A stretch of DNA of 64,000 nucleotides from assembly GCA_002189035.1 (NCBI GenBank), contig NEEC01000007.1, positions 1,860,001-1,924,000 on the forward strand. Direction: 5' to 3'. Source of the stretch: Utricularia gibba (taxonomy: Eukaryota > Plantae > Magnoliophyta). Position numbers and translations under genes: made by a program. Position 1 is the stretch's first letter, and each line of letters starts with the position of its first letter. Positions 47,250 through 57,217 of the stretch are shown one piece after another. Under the pieces are notes generated by a model that was not told where the DNA came from, did not search any database, and saw nothing but the letters and a program-made list of their open reading frames with translations.

Positions 47250-48820
47250 CAGCGAGCAACCGTTAGAAAATAATAATAATAATAACAAAAATTCAGAATT
47301 ATCTTCAGAGATACAAATAAGAACATCGCCAGCGAGTCTTTCCATGTACCTGTAAATTCTCAAAATTGCTTTTTCCTCCCCAAAGTTTCAGAAAACGTGC
47401 TCCCGGGAAGACCCTATACTTTACCCACGCCATTCTCTTCTATTTTGAACTGCTGCTGAGGGCATTGGATCCGATGCTCTGTCAAGTCCTGCAATCTTCA
47501 CTCAGCCTCCTCCATCATCTTCGTAGTTTTCTCGTTTTTGAGCATCAATGTGCTGTCGTGAAGTGCCGATGGGAGTTCGATAACTGCCATCTTCAGAGTG
47601 CTTATCGCTGTGGCCTGCAATATCCGCAACAACCCTACCCAGGCATTTCGCCATGCTCGTTGCCTCAGGCATTTAGTCGTAGTAGCCTTGCATGGGTCGA
47701 GCTCACACACGCTCATTCGAAATGGAGAGTTGATCACTCAAGTTGGTTGTCGGGGTAGAATCTGAATGAAGCGGTCACTCGATCTATCTGCGGTTCACAA
47801 TTCCCAATGTGGCTCACCTACATCGTTTTTGGGTGAGTTGCTAACTGGAGATACTTTCTTCATAGAGCAAGCAAAGAAGATGAACCCAACGACTGGAAAA
47901 CTCTCAAGTACCCCCGCAAGGAAATCTGCTACTTCTCAAACCAGTGAAGCGTGGCTTGCCATTTCTCATGCAGAAATGCTTGGATAAGTCCAGGAAACCG
48001 TCTGTCTGAACAACCGGAATAGGAACTCCTATATCTTATGCTGCGTAGTTGCAGCAGCAGTTACAGACTAGAGGCCAAGGTTCCTGATAGTATGTTTTGG
48101 TTGGTTTTCCAGTACCTCCTGTTCGGAGGGCTAGATTCCTGCCTACCACAAAGCATTTCACATTTTTAGTCCTTGAGTCCATGACAAAAGAGGACCTTGT
48201 GTGCTTTTCCAGGGCCGTACCTTCTCTGGAATCCGTGGTCAGTGTTCTTTTTGTTGACTTTACAAGCAAAGCAAGCGCTCACGGGGACAGTGGCAACATC
48301 TGGTTTCAGAGGACACTAGATGGAAGCCGTTAGGACCTGTAATATTGTTGACTACTACCTGGTTTGAACCCTGGGAACCTTCTCGCTGTGGTAGCTTGGT
48401 TCTACAAAGGAAAGGACCGATTATAATAACCACAGTTTTCCTTCTGATACAGTTGCATTTCCCATGGAATTTACAACAAGATTGTGTCGATGTAAAGCGT
48501 GATAGCAGACAGTTTTTCAGAAAGGACTAACTACAATGGTTTCTGCATAATTTGAAAGTGTTGAACAAACAATGACACAACAATCAAATGGTTTTGACAA
48601 AAGTCGAAACTCAAGAAATCTATTACATCCGAATTCCAATGTCAACTGGAACATAAGTGGAGTAGTTACGCATTTACCCATGTCTTTAGCATCAGAAGCA
48701 CAAGAAGAGCATTTCATCATCTTAATCTCAAAGAGCAATAGGAGTAACTGAAAATTTAGATTTTAAAATTAGCTTTCGGAAACAAGCAGCTTACAATAAC
48801 TCCAATACTCAAGGAGAACT

Positions 48821-51800
48821 TCAAGTCTCGCCAGGCAAACAATTCGAGCTTAATGCCTTGTGGAATGCAACCTACATATCAAAGAAAATCTGAAAACTCT
48901 TCTAAAATGGGGAGTAACTGAAAGAAGAGAGATATGCTACTGCGGTAAAGAATATTTTAGCTCGGAAGCATACAGAAGTAGATGACTTGAGCAGTTCCCT
49001 AACAGCCATAGTTGCATAGCAAGAAGCTGGCAGTGTGAAAGTTAACTTGAGTGCCATCTGGTTGGTTTCCTGAAGCTGGGAAGCAACCAGGGATTCCGTT
49101 GCCAGTACATGCTCTCTCAAAGAATCTGTCTCTCGTGTCTCCTCGGACAGCTTAATCTTGTCATTAGTACAATCTCCATCCAAAGTTCTCCCAGATGAAT
49201 CAGCATGTAACTTGGAAATAATGTCCCAATCTGTCTCAGCTAATGGGATATTGCTATCTTTGTAGCTCAGCAATTCCCTGCAGAGTTTATATGATTTGAA
49301 GTTGGAATTTAATGAATCGCCTACATGATGTGTTTATAAGCATCATGGATACCACTTATAGTTCTTGGGCTTCTGAAATACCCGCCTATATGCCCCGGTA
49401 ATGTTTGTAAAAGAGAACTCCCTGAAAGACCGAAGGCATTTCAAAGAATACCAAAATCGCACAAGCCTAACGATCAGAGACTAGCAAGATAGAAAAATGA
49501 TGCAACTAGCGATCGGAGACCAAACATCAAACTTTTTGCAACCATGCGGTCAGAATTCATAGGAAAAGAAAAAACTTGGAAATAAGTGCCAATGGAAATG
49601 GAGTCAGGTGATCAGATCAAAAAATTCTAAAGGCAAGCATATTTAAGATTCATAAGTGCTGAACCTTTTAAGGGTTCCGGAGTACACCCTAAACCATAAA
49701 CATGCTAAGTTTTGAGTTCTTGAAACACTATGCTATGTTTTTGAAGCCCCCTTATAGTATCCAAGTAAAATGCGCATCTCTATTACAAATTCTTAAAACT
49801 TCCTTACAATCAGGAACTAGGAAGAAAAACAGGTTACTGAAAACATTTAGCAGAGTTCACTTGACCTGAATTTGAAATCTACAGCTTATGATAAGACATT
49901 AAAATTTGCGTCTAGGAAGTGGAAAGAATGTTCTCATTGAAAAAAACTCAAAGATTTAAGATAACATATCATTAAAAATTTTCTCACATGAAAATTAAAA
50001 TAATAGTGACTCACTTGGACTTATGTGCACACACATTTAGCTGGATGTTATCCTGCAGGTTATAATGGATGACAGAGAGAAAGTTGTTCAAAGAGAAGCA
50101 TATGGTCATCAGTTAACATAAAAGTAGTTTTTATACTCAAGATGCATTTTTGAATAATAAATATAAAACAACGTACATTTTCAGCCAGCGCATGATAGAC
50201 TTCCTGAATATCATTTGATGGATATGTAATCCTTGAACTGAAAACATAGTTCGTCAATTTTGAGACATGGATTATACAGGAAAAAGTTGAAGTCAAAGGG
50301 CTGCCAGTGTAAGAGAATAAAATCCATGTAAAATCTACCCAGGCAAAGGAAGAACAAGGTCATATATTTTATATCTTGCAGCCACTATATCTTCTTCACT
50401 GACTACCTGTCAATAAGAGAACCATTGGGGTCAAAGTAAAGAAAATAATTAAGGTCAGCCACAATAGATGTTTCACTTGGAAGCAGTGAGTGCTTAAATT
50501 GATGGTCAGAAAAACTTATCATGATTATGAGTACACTATTAGAAATAAGAATAACACGATTCATCTAGGAAACATTTCAAAAGTCAAATAACGATTGAGC
50601 TTAATATAAAAGCAGACGCAAAACATGTAGCATTTTGAAGCAATTATGACATTGATTTGGAAACTCCGTTTAATATTTTGAAAAAACTAAATCTTCTAGA
50701 ATATGCCAAAAACATATTTGGTTGAAATCAAGGAGTTCTAAAAATCACCTTAACAGATCCCTCATTTACTTTAGAATGATTAGGTGCTTCTGCATCATCT
50801 GATAGGCAATCAATGCGTGTATCACTGTTACTCCCGTCTTCACACCCAAAATGAGAGAACCCGTTTTCTTCCAAAGCCTCCTCTTCATTGCAACATACCA
50901 AATCGCCTAACACAACTTTGTGAACCCCTACATATGGTAAATGTGAATATCATTCATTTGCTAAATTAGTCTTGCCAAACGTGAAGACGGCATTCAATTT
51001 GTTAATTTAAGCCCCATACAACTCCATTCATACAATAAAGAACTATAGCTTAAACAGGACTGTGCTGACATGAATACAGTATCATGTTAAGTGACCATAT
51101 CTCATTTTGTTAAACTTATGAAACATAGGATCCATGAAAATTCTCAACATATGGTGTTTTTTTAACAGCTGCTTTTCACCTACGAAAAATTCATGCATAT
51201 TTCTGTTCTATACAGGAAATAAATAAATCTATTTCATACTATACAAATGGAATCTTTCTCATACAAGAGTGATAAGCCAATTCACAATTATTCAATATTA
51301 CACGTCTTGGAACAAAACATATGGCAATAACGGCACAGCTATTCAGTTCAAGGGGTAACCATGATAAGCTTTGTACCATATTTTTTTACTCTCATACTAG
51401 CAGCATGGTTCCACAAGAAGCTTTGGTAACTATGCACAAACCTGAAAGTGAATTGGAATGAGTTAGCTAAAAGCATGAAAGTTTGGCTATACTGATTTAG
51501 CACTCAGTTTAAGGTAGTTAGCTGGGCGAAATCCATCAATATGTTGAAAATTTGAAAGAGCATACACGCTAGGGTTTTCAGAAACTGGTCATGAACTCAA
51601 GAAAAGTAAAAAGTTCTAAAGCAGTTGGTGATCTTGGGATAACAAATCAGATGCGAAATTTTGTAGGAACTCATGGAATTCCAGATGAGCAAAAGGTGCT
51701 GAGAATGAAGCTTTCCACTTTTACAAGTCAAAGTTACTACACTCTTAAAATTCCTAAAAGGCAGCCATCCTTGAGTTCTTACCTTAATGCTTTAAACAAT

Positions 51801-54800
51801 GATTTTTAAAGGACCAAATAAAACCAATCATCGCACATCATTATCTAAATCACGTCAATGAATATCAATCCATGAAAAATTGAATGCTAAGATCAACCCT
51901 CGTAAATCATCCCCAAAACACAACTCGTAAAACGTGCCAAGCATAGAATCTAACATATGATAATACTCATGGAAACAGTTAAACGAATGACTTTTTCAAG
52001 GTTGAGCCAGATACTTACATCATTCTCAATGTCCTTGGAATACCCAAAAGAGCCTGCAAGTAATTTCCAGGAGATTTTTGGAGGCAGTTCAGCTGGAAGC
52101 AGAAGCCAGCTGAGTATCATCAACAAGATTCAAATACGAAAGAAAAAATTGTATACTAAAGCACCAAATAAACATGATTTATCAGAACATCTGTTATATT
52201 TGAGAAGCCGGGAGATTCCATTATACATTATTTTACATTCCAAAGTATTCAGTTCCAAATCACTTTTCCCAACACAATGAAAAAATCAACAGGTAAGCAT
52301 ATGTAATCTATATAAAAATAACCCTATGTACAAAAATAAACAGATAAGAATGTGATATGGGGCCTCACGATAGCACGTTCTGCAACCATGTGGTAAGGTA
52401 ATTGTCTTAGAGTACCCTGAATGTCACCTGTCTCCTTGTAATATTCCCTAACCTTGTTAATTGTTTCTTTTTGTGTTATACAACTTCGTTAAGAAAATTA
52501 CTGATAGTTTCAGAGCATCACAGTAGAAAACATTAACAGATGCAAATATGATGAAAAGGATATCACCATCTCGTGGATCAAGTATCATACTAACAGCAGC
52601 TCCCCAATCTCCCCGAAGCAATGCAGCTCCAATGAGGTGAGTTGGTATGGAACCACTTCCAAATCGCTGGCCATGTCAATGGAAAAGAGTATAAACAAAC
52701 CCAGATGGAGATTCCAAATTACAATGCATGAGGGAAAAACACGGACACAATAAAATACAAAGTTAGAATACAGGAAATTTTCAATAAAGATTCTTAAAGC
52801 AGGGATGCACTCAGGCATGCTGATCAGAAAACATATAAAGGATCTAATTCTACTCACCATAAGACCAGCCAGCAATTAACTTAATAAGTTTATGTAAATT
52901 AGGTGCAATAAAGACATCGATCCAAGCATTTAGTCAGAGTAGGAGAATGCATTTAGTGTTCATTTCCTTGTACCGAACATTCATGTGTATGCAACATCAA
53001 AGATGTGGAATAGAGACAGAACATATGTAGATCCAGAAACCTGCAAACCAAAATAATTTATAAACCCTTTCTTCCCCAAGGCAGCAGCAGATGCTTCAAT
53101 TATATCATTAGTCTCAGCACAAATGCTTCTGCAAATAAGGAAAGAAAAACATGGGCCCAGGGCTCAACAATAAGTTAAGATTGGTGGGATTTGGTGTCCA
53201 CCTTAATGTAATGGTGAATTGATTCCCTTGGAGCTGTCCAAGTGCAAGCCCATCACGCACATAACTGTGGGAAAATTGGATCCAAATTCACAATCTAAAC
53301 AACATGTTTTTTTTTTCTAATGTTGGTGCTTGTAAACTAACTGTGCCACAATTTTCCAAACAAAACTGCCACTCAGTACATAGGACGTAATTTTAAACTT
53401 TCATACCATATAGAAGGAGGAGATAGTTAACAACTTGTACTCTTACCAGAAGTTTCCAACTTTAATACCAATCAATCTTTCATTAAGCTTTGCTAGTTTA
53501 TTTGCTCGCTGCTTAAAAACAGTAATCTGTTGTGCAAAAAAAAAAAAAAAGAAAAGCCCATTAACATGAGAAAGGTAGTTCATATAAATATGATACAAAG
53601 ATACAGCAAGTTTACATGCATAAGTTAAAACAAGAGCACTTTCAGAAACAAACTATAACAAGCCAATCTGTAAAGGAAAAATAGGTATCAAAGAAAATAC
53701 CCTTTGAGTGGAGACGGCACGCTTATCCTTTGTGCCAGCAAAGCCAAACGATCTCGACTACAAAAGATGCAAATGAGTAGACAAGAACATAGCTTATTGC
53801 ATGCAGTATGCAAAATAAAAAATGAGATTTCACTGCAGCACTTCGTCAGAGTTAAATTAGTTGCAAAATAAGGAAAGACTGGTAAGTCAATGTTTCACTA
53901 CCTGAATTCCGAGCATCTTGCCAAGAAGACCTAGGGCCTCCATTGTGTCCTTGTTCTCCTTGTAAAGATGAAACCTTTAATAAAGGGAGAAACTATAAGT
54001 GTTTCCTATATCAGAAAACTGCATAGTTCCTATGGTAGACGAAGCAAAAAATTCAAGGGTGCCCTAAAAATTAAAAATATTTCCTTTAAAGAACTCCTAG
54101 GCTATTTAGCATTTAATGAAACCTCTTGATAATCAATACTAGAAAAACATAGACTAGATAAAGCCATACTTGCATTAGGAAAGTTGAAGGTTTTAACAAG
54201 GAACATAGCTAGAAAAAGAATCCCTCGAATCAAAAGTATTAGTTTACCAAGACATCAAGAAAATGAGCGTCCAAGAGATACATAAGTAAACATTAACTCT
54301 CCAAAAAATCAAGATCAATTTAATAGCTAGGCAACTCAGAAAGGTAATAAATTATGTTTACCTGAGAAACTTTCCAGGTTCCCGCCAAATGTCTGATCCT
54401 CTACGATCAAATGGTTTATCACCTCGACCCTTTCGTTTCCTGGAATCCCTCTTCCTTTCACTATTATTTCCTGATTTGAGCCAGACACGAACACATTTTG
54501 ATAAGCAATCTGGCCCATCAACTGTGTCTGTAACAAGGAATTTCAATCTATCCTTGAAGAAGTTGTGAACGGCCTAAAAATAAGATTTCAATGAGAACTA
54601 ATTACATGATTCAAATTATCAAGATGTTTCATATTACCGTGCGATGAGCTTTGTCAGAGGATGGAGAAAGAACAATGCAACTGTCTTTACTATGAGGTTC
54701 TGCAACAATTTGATCTAGAAAGCCCTTTAGCTTTTCCACATCAGAATCACTTGCGAGTTCCCTAAACGATTCTATATCTAAAGAATGGTTCTCATTAATC

Positions 54801-55352
54801 ATTTCCGACTTCTCTTCTATCGTCTCACCAGCAATCTATCACAAAACATGGATCAGTGTTTTAAAGACATATTTCATACACTAATGGAAACCAAACAGAC
54901 CTCCAAGGGAACTTCCAAGGATGTTAAATGAACGACATGACCATCTAAATCCACCTCATTCACAATAAAATCCGAGTACCTGAAAAAAAAAGTGACCCAT
55001 AAAAATGAGAACTTTGTTACAAATATGAACATTGGTTTAAAACCAAGCAACTCGATCAACAGCAAAGCTGAGAAACAACTGGAAATAAATGACAAAGAGA
55101 GATAATTATTTCCGTCGCTATAATCAAATGCCCGCAGATTCTCTGAAAAGTAATTTTTTTACAGCCACAGCAAACACTACAGATAGTTTCTTTTTTAAAA
55201 AAGTTCATTAACAAGATTTCCTTACATTATCATAGAACAATCATCATATGCATGCAATGCCGAACCAACCTCTGTTTCAGAACTCCACGGAAGCCTGGTA
55301 AATCGGAAACGTAGCAAAGAATACCGACATCTGATTCCTCAACGGATGGCAT
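48821..55352 (-). CDS. PUS7: TruD/PUS7-family pseudouridine synthase, multi-exon
   Basis: GFRGVLKQRYSDFIVNE, FGFAGTKDKRAVSTQ (catalytic Asp), GNQFTITLR, GFINYFGLQRFG, VHSYQSFLWNHAAS, FTLPASCYATMAVRELLK. Confidence 0.9.
52473..52563 (-). other. U12-type (minor spliceosome) AT-AC intron, 91 bp, in PUS7
   Basis: 5' site ATATCCTTTT, branch TTCTTAAC (52495-52488), 3' ...AACAC|. Removal restores DPRDG-EKETINKVREYYKE. Confidence 0.88.
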
Positions 55353-55752
55353 GTTTCTTCCAAAGTCAGAGCTTCCGAAGACGCAGCGTCGTCGAAAAAC
55401 CCTGCCGGATTCTCGGGCCTCAGTGTGCAATTCTAGATTGAGTATCCGGCAGGGTATTCTTGAGAAAAAATTGATGCTTTTTTATTCTCAATTTATTCTA
55501 TGATTTAATAAAATTAAATATATTTTGATTTTATTAGATTTATTATTGTTGCCTAGTTTTTAATTATAAATCATGTTTATAATGTCCGGGCGCATCCACG
55601 GCCAAACAATGGTGTACGAATTATCCGAATCGTTTTGAAAATCGGACGGATATATAAATGTTGGGCTAGCCATATCCGAATGTGTTTTCGGCCACCACTG
55701 CCTCTACCCTCATCTAGAGGTGCACGGCTCACCGGAACTATACCTCTATCTC

Positions 55753-56562
55753 ATGGCTGCCGCCGCCGCGTCCCTTTTCTCGCCGTCATTCCTCCGCCCT
55801 TCCAGCCGCTCCACTGCCACTTCCAGGCTCTCGATTAAAGCCTTATCCACGCCAGTTCTCACTCAAGACGAACTCAAGAAGCTCGCCGCCGACAAAGCCG
55901 TCGATTACGTCAAGAGTGGCATGGTTCTCGGCCTCGGGACCGGCTCCACCGCCGCCTTCGTCGTGGACAAGCTCGGTTACCTCATCAAATCAGGCGAACT
56001 CACCAACATTGTCGGGGTTCCCACCTCGAAGCGGACCCAAGAGCAAGCCGCAGCCCTAGGAATTCCTCTTTCCACACTCGATGATCATCCTCACCTCGAT
56101 CTCGCGATCGACGGCGCCGACGAAGTGGATCCAAATCTGGATCTGGTGAAGGGCCGCGGCGGAGCCCTATTACGGGAGAAAATGGTGGAGGCGGCTTCCT
56201 CGAAATTCGTCGTCGTGGTCGATGACTCCAAATTGGTTGCGGGTCTTGGGGGTTCAGGGCTCGCGATGCCGGTCGAAGTGGTGCAGTTCTGTTGGAACTA
56301 CAATCTGGTGAGGCTGCGAGAGCTCTTCAAATCAGAAGGATGCGAAGCGAAGCTGCGTCTGAGCGGAGACGGGAAGCCATACGTTACGGACAATTCCAAT
56401 TTTATAGTCGATTTGTATTTTGAGACTCCGATCAGAGACTCGTTCGCCGCCGGAAGGGAGATTTCAGCGTTGGAAGGGGTGGTGGAGCACGGCCTATTTC
56501 TCGGAATGGCCACCGCCGTGATCATCGCCGGCGGGAGCGGCGTCACTCTGAAGACCAAGTGA
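55753..56562 (+). CDS. RPI: Ribose-5-phosphate isomerase A, plastid-type, intronless
   Basis: Ser/Ala-rich transit peptide; GMVLGLGTGST, DLAIDGADEVD, KGRGGALLREK, GVVEHGLF. Confidence 0.95.
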   Translation: MAAAAASLFSPSFLRPSSRSTATSRLSIKALSTPVLTQDELKKLAADKAVDYVKSGMVLGLGTGSTAAFVVDKLGYLIKSGELTNIVGVPTSKRTQEQAAALGIPLSTLDDHPHLDLAIDGADEVDPNLDLVKGRGGALLREKMVEAASSKFVVVVDDSKLVAGLGGSGLAMPVEVVQFCWNYNLVRLRELFKSEGCEAKLRLSGDGKPYVTDNSNFIVDLYFETPIRDSFAAGREISALEGVVEHGLFLGMATAVIIAGGSGVTLKTK

Positions 56563-56706
56563 GGAGCCGCGTCAGTTTTATTTACTGGCCAGTATAATAT
56601 AATAATTGTTCGGCAGTTGATTGTAATTTCTCACTTTTTTGGTGCTTTTGTGATATATTAAAAATATGTCCATTTTATTTACACAGCAAAAAAATGGTGT
56701 GGGGCA

Positions 56707-57152
56707 TGTCAGCAAGTGGTGGAGCAACGAAGATCCGGGAAGTCTCAACCCGCGAAGATGAATGGCGCGCGACCTCTGTTCCTCCCATGAGAAGCAACCC
56801 TCAATTAGATTGGGAAAAAGGCCTTATCATACTTGGGCCTCAACATTCCAAACTACTGGCCCAAGAAGAAGCATCTGAAGCCCAGTCCATGAAAGAAGTC
56901 CTAGTAAATTCTGGCTGCTACACAGTAGATGAACAAGAGGACTAATCTACAGACTAAAGGCAACGGTCATATTTTAGGCCTGATATGATCCAACGGGCAA
57001 CTCTCCTCATCTATATAAATCCCTGTTTGCTTTATGAAAAAAAAGGAAAGTTCTTTTCGATCCAAAAACAATAGTCAATATCCACAAACTTCAACATTCT
57101 CTCAACGTTCAACCAAGTCTCCAACAAAATCAAGCAGCCAAAAATACTTTTA
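56707..57152 (+). repeat. 5' LTR (446 bp, TG...TA)
   Basis: Matches 61829-62273 except for an A8/A7 run; TATA-like CTATATAAAT near 57011. Confidence 0.95.
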
Positions 57153-57170
57153 TGGTGAACCCGACGTGAA
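57153..57170 (+). promoter_or_regulatory. Primer-binding site complementary to the 3' end of cytosolic tRNA-Trp(CCA)
   Basis: TGGTGAACCCGACGTGAA is the reverse complement of TTCACGTCGGGTTCA+CCA, the plant tRNA-Trp 3' end as recalled. Confidence 0.82.
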
Positions 57171-57217
57171 GATACTTCACCGACTCCCATCTCCTCTTAT
57201 CATTGCAGTCTCTCAGA

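Noticed and set aside
49280-49352. GTATCCAT donor in PUS7 as a second U12 intron
   Set aside because: Deviates from GTATCCTT and has no TCCTTAAC-like branch site near the AG.
10144-55352. Two pseudouridine synthases in one window as a functional cluster
   Set aside because: Different families (RluA and TruD), ~38 kb apart with unrelated genes between; likely coincidence.
57045-57060. GAAAGTTC heat-shock element in the LTR
   Set aside because: Only two units and downstream of the TATA-like box; not enough to claim heat responsiveness.
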